The notes under the pieces were generated by a model. That model ran no database searches. It saw only the letters and a list, made by a program, of their open reading frames with translations, and was not told the DNA's origin. 64,000 nucleotides of DNA from Methanomassiliicoccales archaeon (GTDB lineage: Archaea > Thermoplasmatota > Thermoplasmata > Methanomassiliicoccales > JACIVX01), in NCBI GenBank assembly GCA_014361295.1, contig JACIVX010000001.1:1522359-1586358 (forward strand). The letters are read 5' to 3'. Every line of letters starts with the position of its first letter. The stretch's first letter is position 1. Below, in pieces: positions 29,501 through 39,219 of the stretch. The position numbers were made by a program, and so were the translations under genes.

Positions 29501-30195
29501 AAAAGATCAGTTCATGCGAGAGGCAACTTGCCTCGATGGGTGCTGTCAATCTCAAGGCAATTGAAGACTACGATGCGAAGAAGGCAAGGTACGATGAACT
29601 GAAATCGGAAATGCAAAGGCTCGCGGACCAAAGAAAGGATCTGCTGAAACTCATGGCAGATCTAAACGAAAAAAAGAAGATGGGTCTTCTCAAGGTCTAC
29701 GAAGCTGTCAATGAGAATTTCAAGAGGACGTACGCAGAATTGTCTGGTGGCGGAGAGGCGGAACTTGTTCTTGAAAATCCGGAGGAGCCTTTTCAGGGAG
29801 GCCTGATCATCAGGGCGAAGCCAAAGAATGGAAAGACGCTGAGGCTGGAGGCTCTCAGCGGAGGTGAGAAGAGTCTAACCGCACTCGCATTCATCTTCGC
29901 CATTCAGGAATATCAGCCGTCGCCATTTTATCTGCTCGATGAGGTGGACATGTTTCTCGATGCGGTCAATGCAGACACAGTAGCTCACAGGATACAGCGT
30001 GCGTCGAAGACCGCCCAGTTCATACAAATATCGCTGAGGAAGGTCACGTTAAATAAGGCTGATCACATCATCGGCGTCACAAAGCAAGAGGGAGGTATCA
30101 GTACGGTCATCATGAGACCAAACATCGGCGATATAGCGGACTTCCATGAGGATGCTGCTAAATCGAATGGCAACACCGCGGAGGGGGTAGCATGA
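26590..30195 (+). CDS. smc: chromosome segregation protein SMC
   Basis: Walker A GPNGSGKSN, long coiled coils flanking a hinge, signature LSGGEKSLTALAF and Walker B FYLLDEVD. 1201 aa. Confidence 0.95.
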   Translation: MFLKQIELENFKSFGKKMTIPLLEGYTAVTGPNGSGKSNISDAILFVLGPKSSRAIRAGKLTDLIFNGGNSKQPATYTKVSLIFDNKDRLIPIDSDTVKLTRLVKLSDAGDGYNSYFYVNDRKSTLTEFESLLSHARISADGYNFVQQGDVTKIVEMSNVERRRILDDISGISRYDEEIAKAENERKEAEQNIERITIIMNELEKQIEQLKGERESALKYLEIKNTLSLSKAQLAHKRRESVLTEIDSIKNQIEQYNRELNDHQLRKDEISKKISEMELRIKEIEDEASKKGGESFKELKEKIDFAKIQIARLRDQAERALESAKEIEESLQSKKEEREQLSPEVERLESELKNLDLQLQSKSELLSSKKQALEEIQNRVGAFDEELQSLQQRISSLEEEIKVKEENLHALSMERERLEEKKGRIESEISLLEESRKSLEFEINDAEWNIRALRSADKDSMKEVKALQEQYLSKKNLESKLSRQADELEQAIQRLTREYNHLKAEQEAVENVAKGYTRAVRSILEARDRRELKGIHGTIAELAEVDEKYQTALNVAAGARMQSIVVDDDEVAAQAIEYLKKNNLGRAIFLPLNKMLDGKPRGKAILAEKESLGYAIDLVKFDEKYRPAFWYVFGDTVVMETLEKARKFMGGVRLVTLEGELLEASGAMIGGTIEGTQLKFGSASKSKLDEIGEELRKATDEAEKVGEELRKVRAELIEIENRIRELNSAGGANDVRLKALESRKEEVKARLLKVKSDLETRRKEKEEVEKSLTSIAEKIDLLTKEIVEAVELKEQEKKRMCDLAPMDLSKKLKILQGEVVELINEVSELKSQREAISGKLHLVRRRLEDLDAMEAEAKEKIEKLTSEAKEATEKEQRFRVELTALLKIEESMGKEINELREKRDALFKEKTNLEAEKDKLQSKIETIKDFSVGLTTKLAVAEDKLKEIDEEIKQYNVQIVYPLPSSESLKEKISSCERQLASMGAVNLKAIEDYDAKKARYDELKSEMQRLADQRKDLLKLMADLNEKKKMGLLKVYEAVNENFKRTYAELSGGGEAELVLENPEEPFQGGLIIRAKPKNGKTLRLEALSGGEKSLTALAFIFAIQEYQPSPFYLLDEVDMFLDAVNADTVAHRIQRASKTAQFIQISLRKVTLNKADHIIGVTKQEGGISTVIMRPNIGDIADFHEDAAKSNGNTAEGVA

Positions 30196-31109
30196 CCACA
30201 TGTGAAAACGCAGCATCGATTCTCGATCATCTTCTCTTTCATAAGGCGATTATCGATGACGGCGATCGCGCAAGAAGAATTGATCATTACCTTGAGCTTT
30301 TGCATCAAGCCGAGTCTCAAACCCAGCCGATCACGATGAATCCTCTTGACAGAGCGATACAATTGGTCTTCGAACTCGTTATCTCGAATAATCTCGATCC
30401 TTGGGATATTGATCTCGTGCAGTTCACGAAGCTTTACACTGAAAAGATGCAGGACGAGGAAATCAATTTCATTGTCGCAGGCAAACTCATGTTCATGGCA
30501 TGGATGATCCTCCGGCTGCAGAGCGAAAAAGTCCTCGAGATGCACCGCAGGGCAGAGGCTTATGACTTGTTCTGCAGCGATTGGGATTTCGATCATCTTG
30601 ACATGCTGACGAACTCCACCGATTCGGTGCCGTTCGAATGTGATATCTTGGATCATGTCGAACTTGCAGAAGCTATCAGACGGGGTAGCTCGCGCCCGGT
30701 CTCATTGGTCGAGCTCCTCGACGCTTTCGATGAGGCGCGTAAGGAAGCTGAAGCGAATCTTAGGAGGGCAGCAATTAGGGAGGAGATGAAAAAAGCTGGG
30801 ATCAAGTTCGATGAGAAAACGCATCCTGAGGACGTCGAAAAGGACGTCGAGATCGTCTGGCAAAGGATTCAGCGTTGCGGTCCTGGTGTGATCAGCATCG
30901 AGGACCTCTGGGAAGAATCGAAAGAAGACCGAGTCATGGTCTTCGTTTCACTTCTCTTCCTTGCAAAAATGGGAAAGATCTCTCTCACACAGGATGATCT
31001 GCCGTATGGCCAAATCTTCGTCGAGGCCAGGGTGCCGTGGGATATCGGTGCGATTGAGGATGCAGCAACGCCAGAAACCACGTATTCGAATGGTGAAGCG
31101 GTGATGTGA
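30192..31109 (+). CDS. scpA: segregation and condensation protein A (kleisin)
   Basis: Follows smc with a 4-nt overlap. Size, acidic helical composition and position are typical of ScpA. Confidence 0.75.
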   Translation: MTTCENAASILDHLLFHKAIIDDGDRARRIDHYLELLHQAESQTQPITMNPLDRAIQLVFELVISNNLDPWDIDLVQFTKLYTEKMQDEEINFIVAGKLMFMAWMILRLQSEKVLEMHRRAEAYDLFCSDWDFDHLDMLTNSTDSVPFECDILDHVELAEAIRRGSSRPVSLVELLDAFDEARKEAEANLRRAAIREEMKKAGIKFDEKTHPEDVEKDVEIVWQRIQRCGPGVISIEDLWEESKEDRVMVFVSLLFLAKMGKISLTQDDLPYGQIFVEARVPWDIGAIEDAATPETTYSNGEAVM

Positions 31110-31110
31110 T

Positions 31111-31620
31111 GTGGATCCTGTGAGGGTTGTTGAAGCAGTCCTCTACTCCTCTTCGAAGCCAATCAGCATCTCCGAAATTGTCGCAGCGACACAGCTGGAT
31201 CCTTCACAAGTTCGAAAGGCGCTGAAAACGCTCATTGCCGAGTATGATGAACGGGAATCGGCGATCGAAATCGTCAAGATACGCAGTCGTTATTCGATGC
31301 AGCTCAGGAAGGAATATCACGATTATGCGACACCGTTCGCTGAGCGAGAATTGCCGGATAGCGTGCTCAGGGTCGCCGCCATGATCGCGTATCATCAACC
31401 GTTATTACAGAGTGACCTTGCGAAGATGCTAGGTACAGATGTGTATGAGAGCGTTAGGACGCTCAGGTCTATGGGTCTGATTGCGGCGAGAAAGAAAGGT
31501 CAGACGCTTGAATTGAGAACAACGAGACGTTTCCTCGAATACTTTGGCATCGCAGGCTCGACGCAAGAGGATATTAAGAAATGGATGGAGAGCCAGGTAA
31601 ATAAATCTGAACAGAAATAA
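31111..31620 (+). CDS. scpB: segregation and condensation protein B
   Basis: GTG start 1 nt after the scpA stop. VEAVLYSSSKPISISEI... and tandem wHTH-like halves are typical of ScpB. Confidence 0.75.
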   Translation: MDPVRVVEAVLYSSSKPISISEIVAATQLDPSQVRKALKTLIAEYDERESAIEIVKIRSRYSMQLRKEYHDYATPFAERELPDSVLRVAAMIAYHQPLLQSDLAKMLGTDVYESVRTLRSMGLIAARKKGQTLELRTTRRFLEYFGIAGSTQEDIKKWMESQVNKSEQK

Positions 31621-31906
31621 TCATCTGGGTTGAAGATATTAAACTGCAGTGCCTGGCCAGTAGAATTTGCTTAAACATCTCCATTGATTCTCATGTGTTG
31701 GGGTTTTTGATATCGTGATATCATCCTGAATCATATCTTAATGAATTAAAGCAAGATATTTTCCTGTTTACCAATGATTTTCCTCATAGGCAAATGAGAC
31801 TTGATCAACGCATGAAAAGCTCAGCCAATCTCTGAATGCACGCAAATGTACGTCCAGAGAATATTTCAAAGCTTTCAAAAAGAAAGGTTTAAATTCTTTA
31901 CCTACG

Positions 31907-32143
31907 ATGACTGGATATAGGGATATTATGGTAATGCCACTTGCGCTGTTAGAGAAGTCGATGAACAAGAAAATATCGCTCTTGTTAAAAGACAACAGGA
32001 TATTGGAAGGGAGACTCGCGGGATACGACGATTACATGAATATGGTTCTCGAAGACACCGAAGAGCGCACGGCCGATCAGACGCGGCGCTTGGGCACTGT
32101 TATATTGAGAGGAAATAACGTCGTCAGCATCGCTCCGCTGTGA
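31907..32143 (+). CDS. Sm-like archaeal protein (SmAP/LSm)
   Basis: Sm1 ISLLLKDNRILEGRLAGYDDYMNMVLEDTEE and Sm2 LGTVILRGNNVVSI. Confidence 0.85.
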   Translation: MTGYRDIMVMPLALLEKSMNKKISLLLKDNRILEGRLAGYDDYMNMVLEDTEERTADQTRRLGTVILRGNNVVSIAPL

Positions 32144-32196
32144 AATTTGATGGTAGCGTTAAGACAGCAACTCCCGATGATAACTACTTGCAGACT

Positions 32197-33153
32197 ATGA
32201 AGGCAGTAATCCTGGCCGGAGGGATGGGTACACGTCTCAGACCATTGACCAATCTGATGCCGAAACCGCTCATTCCGCTTCTCGATAAGCCGTTGATCTC
32301 GCATATCATCGACTCTCTTCCCGAATCGATCGATACAGTTTTTCTTGCTGTCAATTATATGAGGGATGTTTTGGAAGATTACTTCAAAAAAAATTCAGGG
32401 AAAAAAGTTATCCTTGTCGAGGAGCGAGAGCCGCTGGGAACTGGTGGTGCTTTGAAGAACGTTGGTCGCTATCTCGACGATACATTTGTCGCGTGCAATG
32501 GCGACATCATCTCATCGATCGATATCGCATCGATGGTCGAGGAACACCGCCTGAAAGGTGGAATCGGCACGATCGCCCTCTGGCATGTAGACGATCCAAG
32601 TGCCTTTGGCGTTGTTAGCTTATCGAAGGACAAAAGGATTGAACTTTTCCAGGAAAAGCCCAAACCGGGTGAGGCATGTTCGAATCTCATCAACGCAGGG
32701 ATTTACGTTTTTGAACCAGAGATTCTCGATTGCATCGGGGATGGTTTTGTGTCACTGGAGCGTGAGGTTTTTCCGAAAATTCTCGATCGCGGTCTCTACG
32801 GTTATTCGTTCGATGGTTACTGGGTTGACTGCGGTGTGAGGGAAAATCTCCTTGAGGCGCAGAGAATACTTCTCAGTAAAAGAGGTGAGGTCCGCTTGGA
32901 CTCGAAAATCGATGCTCAGGCAAAAATCATTCCCCCGAATTTTATGACTAATGCTGAGATCGGTTCTGCGACTGTCGGTCCCGGTGTCTGCATTTGCGGT
33001 CGTTCAGTGGTTCATGATGGGGCGCAAATCTCGAATAGTCTGCTGATGGAAAACAGTGTCATTGGAAGGGGAGCTGTCGTGAGGAATTCGATCATTGGGC
33101 CGAACGCAAGAGTGGATGATGGAGAGACCGTGGAGAATTCAATCTTGGTCTGA
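32197..33153 (+). CDS. sugar-phosphate nucleotidylyltransferase with C-terminal hexapeptide-repeat domain
   Basis: MKAVILAGGMGTRLRPLTNLMPKPLIP (start moved to Met20 of track ORF 32140). Sugar specificity cannot be read from the sequence. Confidence 0.75.
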   Translation: MKAVILAGGMGTRLRPLTNLMPKPLIPLLDKPLISHIIDSLPESIDTVFLAVNYMRDVLEDYFKKNSGKKVILVEEREPLGTGGALKNVGRYLDDTFVACNGDIISSIDIASMVEEHRLKGGIGTIALWHVDDPSAFGVVSLSKDKRIELFQEKPKPGEACSNLINAGIYVFEPEILDCIGDGFVSLEREVFPKILDRGLYGYSFDGYWVDCGVRENLLEAQRILLSKRGEVRLDSKIDAQAKIIPPNFMTNAEIGSATVGPGVCICGRSVVHDGAQISNSLLMENSVIGRGAVVRNSIIGPNARVDDGETVENSILV

Positions 33154-33315
33154 CTTCGAATCTGATGGTGGATTGTTTGCATAGACCACATTCGCATCGG
33201 CGCGGATTTTCCCTGGCAGGATCTTATACAGATAGTCCAGATATTATACAAATTTCGAAACAAGTTACATATTTATCTTGAAAACCGTTTCAGGTAACGC
33301 GTACCAGGGACCGAA

Positions 33316-34968
33316 ATGAGTTACATCGACACAATACTCAACATTATCAGCAAAAAGTCGTTTCGGAAGGGCTGGAACGCTTTCATTATTTTCTTTTTCC
33401 TCGTCTTTGTCATACTTCCAACCGTCTATATTCTTTCATATGTCTTCACACACTGGAGCGCGATTGAAACCAATGTACTCAGCGACCGTGAGACGATCAA
33501 TATCATCCTCAGTTCGATTGCCGCCTCGTTTGAAATCGCAACGATCGTGACCGTTGTCGATTTCATTGTCGGCCTTCCGCTCGCATGGCTCCTCGTGCGC
33601 AAGGAGTTCAGAGGTAAGAGGTTTCTTGACACGCTGATTGATATGCCGCTTGCTGTTCCGACCGCCGCGCTCGGTTTCTCGAGCGCCATCTTCTGGGCAA
33701 CGACGCCCCCCTCGATCGAGGCACCGCCTTTTGCACTCGGAGCAGTCTCATCGCCGATGCTCCTTGTCATCCTCCTGCATATCGTTTTCTCTTATCCCTA
33801 CATGGTAAGATCCCTTGCAGCGATTCTCGAACAGATTGATGTCACATACGAAATCGCAGGCCAGACACTCGGTGCAAGCAAGCTAACCGCGGCAAGGACG
33901 ATCACCCTTCCGCTTTTCAGGGCTGGTCTCGTGACGGGTATCATTCTTTGTTTTTCGCGCAGTCTTAGCGAAACAGGCGGAACGATGATTGCCCTCGCGA
34001 CGATGGCGAATGCGGCTGGGTTTAACACAGGACCAACTCTCATAGGTGAATGGAAGAAACTATCGGTGACTCATCCTGAACTGATTCCGCAGCTATCGTT
34101 CGTCAGCATTTTGCTCATCATTATCGCACTCATTCTTCTTGCGATATTGAAGGTCATCGTGATGAAAGTAAGATTGCCTTTCGGGAAGGTCTGGCCGCGA
34201 CCAGAAAAAATTTTGAGTCGGGGCTTCGCCCCGAAATTGAAAGACGCTCTTTCTCTCATTTTTCTTCTTTTCTTTGTTTTGCTTCCTTCTTTTTTCATTT
34301 TTTCATATGTTGCAACGGCTTCACCATCGGGTGGTGACTGGGGTGGATTCTGGAGCAGTCTCTTTTATTCCTTTGGAATCGCATTTGTCGTGACCCTTAT
34401 CGACCTCTCCTTCGGCATTCCGCTTGCGTTTTTCATCGTGAGAAGTGAATCAAGAAAAATATCAAGCGTGCTCGACGTCCTTGTTAATGTGCCGTTGATC
34501 GTTCCAACGGCAGCACTAGGGTTTTCCCTTGGCCAATTTTATAGCGATCAACCTTTCATTCCCGCCGTTCCAACTTTGCTGATTATCATGGCCCACGTTG
34601 CTTTCACTTATCCGCTCGTCGTCAGGAATGTTGCTGGTGCGATTGAAGAGATTGACCCCTCGTATGAAGAAACGGCGAGAACGCTCGGCGCCAAACCGAT
34701 CCAGGCATTCCGTCGCGTGCTTTATCCAATGATCAAGAGCTCCATTCTCGCAGGTTCGATTATGGCCTTCACGAGAAGCCTTGGTGAGACTGGGGCTACG
34801 CAGGCGGTTGTTAGCGAGGCGTTGACAGCGCCTGTTTATATCGTTGAGCTTGTGAAAGGCCAGGAATACTACCTTGCCGGTCTAGCTTGCATCGCACTCA
34901 TTTCCGTATCTTATGCTGCGATGCTCCTGCTGCGGTATCTGACGAGAAAGAAAGGGAGGAGCGTCTAA
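33316..34968 (+). CDS. ABC importer permease, fused double transmembrane domain (FbpB/ThiP-like architecture)
   Basis: 550 aa with two permease repeats, each carrying an EAA-type loop (SRSLSETGGTMIAL; TRSLGETGATQAV). Confidence 0.75.
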   Translation: MSYIDTILNIISKKSFRKGWNAFIIFFFLVFVILPTVYILSYVFTHWSAIETNVLSDRETINIILSSIAASFEIATIVTVVDFIVGLPLAWLLVRKEFRGKRFLDTLIDMPLAVPTAALGFSSAIFWATTPPSIEAPPFALGAVSSPMLLVILLHIVFSYPYMVRSLAAILEQIDVTYEIAGQTLGASKLTAARTITLPLFRAGLVTGIILCFSRSLSETGGTMIALATMANAAGFNTGPTLIGEWKKLSVTHPELIPQLSFVSILLIIIALILLAILKVIVMKVRLPFGKVWPRPEKILSRGFAPKLKDALSLIFLLFFVLLPSFFIFSYVATASPSGGDWGGFWSSLFYSFGIAFVVTLIDLSFGIPLAFFIVRSESRKISSVLDVLVNVPLIVPTAALGFSLGQFYSDQPFIPAVPTLLIIMAHVAFTYPLVVRNVAGAIEEIDPSYEETARTLGAKPIQAFRRVLYPMIKSSILAGSIMAFTRSLGETGATQAVVSEALTAPVYIVELVKGQEYYLAGLACIALISVSYAAMLLLRYLTRKKGRSV

Positions 34969-36060
34969 ATGCCAGAGATACGACTAGAATGTATCAAGAA
35001 ATCGTATAGTTCAACTCAGGCTCTTGATAATCTCGATCTCACCGTTCATAACGGTGAGTATCTGTGTCTTCTTGGACCCACGGGAGCTGGCAAAACGACG
35101 ACATTGAGGATTATCGCTGGTCTTACTACTCCTGATTCTGGGAAAATTTATTTCGATGACAGAGAAGTGACGCATGTCGAACCAGAGGAACGCAAGGCGG
35201 TCTTTTTATCTCAGACATACTCACTTTTCCCTCATATGACGGTCGCAGAGAATATCGTTTTTGGGCCGAATATCAGAGATTGGCCAGATGAAGTAAAAAA
35301 GCGGACACTGGCTGAGATGCTTGACCTCGTTCGTCTCTCGCGCCGAGCCGATGCTTACCCGAGAGAATTAAGTGGGGGGATGCAGCAGCGCACAGCACTC
35401 GCGAGGGCACTCGCATCGGGTGCGGAAGTTCTCCTCTTAGATGAACCACTTCGGGCTCTCGACGCGCGGCTGCGATTGGGTCTGCGACGAGAGCTTCGTT
35501 CCCTTGCAAAGTCTCTCGGCATCACGACGATTCATGTGACTCATGATCAAGAAGAAGCCCTGGTCATGGCCGATCGAATCGCAGTGATCAGGAAAGGAAA
35601 GATCGCACAGATCGGAACCCCCGAGGAGGTTTTTGATTATCCCAATTCGCCATTTGTGGCGAATTTTGTCGGCCAGTCGAATTTCTTTAGAGGTGTTGTC
35701 GTCAGCAGCAATGATGTGACTCTTGTTAAAGATAAGCAGGGAAGGACGATGCCAGCTCGACACTCGCATTATAAAGCGGGCGAATGTGTTGTCATCGCGG
35801 TTAAGGTTGGCAACACCGAGATCGTGAAATCTGAGGATGGTTATTTGACTGGCGCGGTCGAGCGAATTCTGTTCGAAGGGCGCAATCTTTTTGTGGATAT
35901 CTCGATCAAGGGAATGGGACGATGCTCGTCAAAGATACCGGCGAAGTTCCTCGACAGAATCAAGGTGGGAGACGAGGTCGGTATACGCTGGGATGCCGAA
36001 AAGGCCTCTATCTTTTCACTCGAGAAATGCAACCTTGATGAGGAGTTGAAGGTGGAATGA
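34969..36060 (+). CDS. ABC transporter ATP-binding protein with C-terminal TOBE-like extension
   Basis: Walker A GPTGAGKTT, signature LSGGMQQR and Walker B LLLDEP, with a C-terminal ~120-aa regulatory-type extension. Starts 1 nt after the permease stop. Confidence 0.85.
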   Translation: MPEIRLECIKKSYSSTQALDNLDLTVHNGEYLCLLGPTGAGKTTTLRIIAGLTTPDSGKIYFDDREVTHVEPEERKAVFLSQTYSLFPHMTVAENIVFGPNIRDWPDEVKKRTLAEMLDLVRLSRRADAYPRELSGGMQQRTALARALASGAEVLLLDEPLRALDARLRLGLRRELRSLAKSLGITTIHVTHDQEEALVMADRIAVIRKGKIAQIGTPEEVFDYPNSPFVANFVGQSNFFRGVVVSSNDVTLVKDKQGRTMPARHSHYKAGECVVIAVKVGNTEIVKSEDGYLTGAVERILFEGRNLFVDISIKGMGRCSSKIPAKFLDRIKVGDEVGIRWDAEKASIFSLEKCNLDEELKVE

Positions 36061-36061
36061 G

Positions 36062-37147
36062 ATGCCGACGGTGGAATTGAGGAACGTCACGATGAAATGG
36101 GGACGCGTCATTGCAGCAGAAAACGTTAATCTGAGAATTGAGGACAGGGAATATGTGACGATCCTCGGCCCTTCTGGGTGTGGTAAGACAACGCTCGTAA
36201 AAATCATCGCCGGCATTCTCGAACCCAGTTCTGGCGAGGTGTTCATTGATGGCAAGAATATGAGGGGTGTGCCAATAGAAGAACGCGATATCGGTTACGT
36301 TTTTCAAAACATCGCGCTTTTCCCGCATCTCGATGTTTATGAGAATGTCGCTTATAGTCTCCGGGTCAAGGGCGCTGATCGAAACGAATTGGAAAAAATC
36401 CCGCATCAGTATCTCGATCTTGTCAAATTGCTCGACAAGATGAAGATGTTCCCTTCTTCCCTTTGTGGTGGCGAGCAACAAAAAGTTTCGCTTGCGCGCG
36501 CTTTATCGACAGGGGCTAAACTGCTTCTTCTTGATGAACCGCTTTCGGCGCTCGATGCGAGGGTCAGGGTTGACCTCAGATATGAACTTAGAAGACTCGT
36601 TAAGTCCCTTGGTCTCACAGCACTTCATGTCACACATGACCAAGAAGAGGCGATGAGTGTTTCAGACAGAATTGTCGTAATGAGAAGCGGGAAAATCGTT
36701 GAAATCGGGACGCCGATGAAAATTTATACAAGGCCTGAAAATATTTTCACGGCGAATTTCATCGGCGAAACGAATCTGCTTGAGGGTTGGGTAACACGTG
36801 CTTGTGAAAACGAGACGGAGGTTGAACTGAGAGACGGAACGGTGATCGCTGCCTCCCCTTCAAATTTCAGGGAGGGCGATGCCGTCGTTGTCTCAGTCAG
36901 GCCAGAAAATCTCTTTTCCTCTGAACACGGAATCCAGGCAGTCGTTACCGATATGAGGTATATCGGCACATTCATTCGTGTGATTGCCAAGGCAAAAACA
37001 GAGGAAACCATTGAATTTGACATTCCAACGTCAAAAAAACGTGAATATAATATTGGGGATGAAATTCATTTATCATTCGAAAAGGACTCGGCGCTCGTGT
37101 TCGCAAGGGGTCCGGGCGGAATCGAGGAGGCGATAAGTCTTGAGTGA
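36062..37147 (+). CDS. ABC transporter ATP-binding protein (second, paralogous NBD)
   Basis: Walker A GPSGCGKTT, a degenerate signature LCGGEQQK and Walker B LLLDEP, plus a TOBE-like C-terminus. Confidence 0.85.
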   Translation: MPTVELRNVTMKWGRVIAAENVNLRIEDREYVTILGPSGCGKTTLVKIIAGILEPSSGEVFIDGKNMRGVPIEERDIGYVFQNIALFPHLDVYENVAYSLRVKGADRNELEKIPHQYLDLVKLLDKMKMFPSSLCGGEQQKVSLARALSTGAKLLLLDEPLSALDARVRVDLRYELRRLVKSLGLTALHVTHDQEEAMSVSDRIVVMRSGKIVEIGTPMKIYTRPENIFTANFIGETNLLEGWVTRACENETEVELRDGTVIAASPSNFREGDAVVVSVRPENLFSSEHGIQAVVTDMRYIGTFIRVIAKAKTEETIEFDIPTSKKREYNIGDEIHLSFEKDSALVFARGPGGIEEAISLE

Positions 37148-37826
37148 AAAGAGATCACTGTTGGATTGGTTCAGTAGGCGTCGTGAGTCTGTGGTGATGA
37201 ACGGAATCAGAAATCATGCGCTTCGCGTGAGCGACACGATCGCGGAGCTCAACAGGGCGATTGCGGCAATCGGCAATGGTGAAAGGACGAAGGCGCTTGA
37301 GGCGATACAGAGACTTCTCGTCTCCGAAAAAGAAGCAGATTTTTATGAGTCGACGATCAGCGAAGAGCTCAGCAAGGGCGATCTCGATGCGAGGGAAAGG
37401 GAAGATTTGATGCATCTTGTGCGCAGGATGGACTATGTGGCGGATTGGGGCAAAGAGGCGGCATTGAATCTACAGATGATTATCGAAGCAGGCGTGGAAG
37501 TGCCGAAGTCTCTTTGGGAGAAGTACCATGCGATGACGGCCGAACTCGAGCGGGCCACACGGATGCTGAAAATGAGTATCGACAACCTTGGCGTCAACGA
37601 GGAGGAGGTTGTTAAACACGAGCGTGAGGTTGAGACTGCAGAACATAATCTTGATGAGATGTATTTCGACACAAAGAAGCAGATTCTTTTTGCGCAAATG
37701 GATCCAAGAGCGATCTTTCTTATGAGGGACATTCTGCATGGAATCGAGAATTCGGCTGACAGCTGCAAAGATACAGCGGATATCATACATATTCTTCTAA
37801 CGGCCGAACAGCACCGGGCAAGGTAA
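37140..37826 (+). CDS. DUF47 / PhoU-like helical protein
   Basis: 228-aa all-helical protein with the DUF47-like layout (EADFYESTISEEL...RRMDYVADW...ETAEHNLDEMY...ENSADSCKD). 8-nt overlap with the preceding NBD gene. Confidence 0.55.
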   Translation: MSEKRSLLDWFSRRRESVVMNGIRNHALRVSDTIAELNRAIAAIGNGERTKALEAIQRLLVSEKEADFYESTISEELSKGDLDAREREDLMHLVRRMDYVADWGKEAALNLQMIIEAGVEVPKSLWEKYHAMTAELERATRMLKMSIDNLGVNEEEVVKHEREVETAEHNLDEMYFDTKKQILFAQMDPRAIFLMRDILHGIENSADSCKDTADIIHILLTAEQHRAR

Positions 37827-37839
37827 GGGATCATCGGTG

Positions 37840-39198
37840 ATGCGTAGACTCTTCGGGACAAACGGCGTACGGGGAATTGTCAACTCGGAAATGAGTATCG
37901 AGCTCGCAATGGATCTAGGTAGGGCAATAGGCACTGCGCTTGGAGGAAAGTTAGCGATCGGAATGGATTCGCGCATCTCGGGAGAAATGCTCAAATGTGC
38001 AGTATCTGCAGGGTTGATGTCAACAGGGGTGAGGGTGTTCGATCTTGGCATTCTCCCGACGCCAGCACTCCAGTACTATGTTAAAGCAAGAAAACTCGAT
38101 GGTGGCGTTGTGATAACGGCTTCTCATAATCCACCGGAATTCAACGGAATCAAGTGTATCGCGGCAGATGGCACAGAAATGGCAAGAGAGGATGAAGAGA
38201 GAATCGAGAAGATCTTTTTTGACCGCTCCTTCGCCGTCAAAGAATGGGACACGGTTGGATCATTACACCATCAATCAAACGCCCCCAATCTATATCTTGA
38301 CTCGATTGCAGGACATGTTGATCGGGATGCGATTCGAAAGGCGTCGATGACGGTTGTCGTCGATTGCGCAAATGGCGCGGGCTCCATCACAACACCCCGG
38401 CTTCTCGAATCACTCGGGGTTCGAGCTATCACACTCAACTGCAACCCACAGGGCACTTTTCCAGGTCGACCGAGTGAACCAACGGAAGAGAATCTTTCGG
38501 ATTTGATTGCGCTTGTGAAGAAGACCTCTGCAGATCTTGGAATTGCACATGACGGCGATGCTGATCGAACCATTTTCATCGACGAGAACGGGAAATTTGT
38601 GCATGGCGATCGAAGTCTTGCGCTGATCGCGCGAAGTATTGTTAGGTCAAGAGGAGGAGGGCTCGTCGTCACACCTGTGAGTACTTCGCGGTGCGTTGAG
38701 GACGTGGTGATTGCTGCAGGCGGACAAATAAAATACACGAAAGTCGGCGCTCCAATCGTCGCGAGGGAAATGAAGAGCACTGGTGCGGTCTTCGGTGGCG
38801 AAGAGAATGGTGGCTTGATATTCCCTGAGCATCAGTATTGTCGTGACGGTCTCATGACCGTTGCAAAGATGCTAGAGATAGTATCGAAGGAAGGGAAATT
38901 ATCAAGCCTCTTGGATGAAATACCACGGTACTCTCTGATCAAGGGGAAGGTCGAATGCAGAAATGAGATTAAGCAGGATGTTATGGCACAACTATGCAAT
39001 CGCTTTCGCGAAAAGACGATCGACACGACGGATGGCATCAAAATTTTCTTCGACGATGGCTGGGTGCTGATCAGACCGTCCGGTACCGAGCCGATTTTTC
39101 GTTTGATCGTCGAGGGTATGACTGAGGCAGATGCGAAGCACTATTTCGCGGAATTCAAAACGATGCTTCGTGAGATCATTCAAAGAGTCAATGATTGA
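37840..39198 (+). CDS. phosphohexomutase (second GlmM/ManB-type paralog)
   Basis: LFGTNGVRGIV, TASHNPPEFNGIK and AHDGDADR. A paralog of the gene at 18081..19388. Confidence 0.85.
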   Translation: MRRLFGTNGVRGIVNSEMSIELAMDLGRAIGTALGGKLAIGMDSRISGEMLKCAVSAGLMSTGVRVFDLGILPTPALQYYVKARKLDGGVVITASHNPPEFNGIKCIAADGTEMAREDEERIEKIFFDRSFAVKEWDTVGSLHHQSNAPNLYLDSIAGHVDRDAIRKASMTVVVDCANGAGSITTPRLLESLGVRAITLNCNPQGTFPGRPSEPTEENLSDLIALVKKTSADLGIAHDGDADRTIFIDENGKFVHGDRSLALIARSIVRSRGGGLVVTPVSTSRCVEDVVIAAGGQIKYTKVGAPIVAREMKSTGAVFGGEENGGLIFPEHQYCRDGLMTVAKMLEIVSKEGKLSSLLDEIPRYSLIKGKVECRNEIKQDVMAQLCNRFREKTIDTTDGIKIFFDDGWVLIRPSGTEPIFRLIVEGMTEADAKHYFAEFKTMLREIIQRVND

Positions 39199-39219
39199 GT
39201 TCTAGCCCTTGACCTACGC

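Noticed and set aside
31716-31731. TGATATC-gt-GATATCA inverted repeat upstream of the Sm-like gene as a regulatory site
   Set aside because: It is a single short AT-rich palindrome about 175 nt from the start codon, with no second copy. That is too weak to report as a feature.
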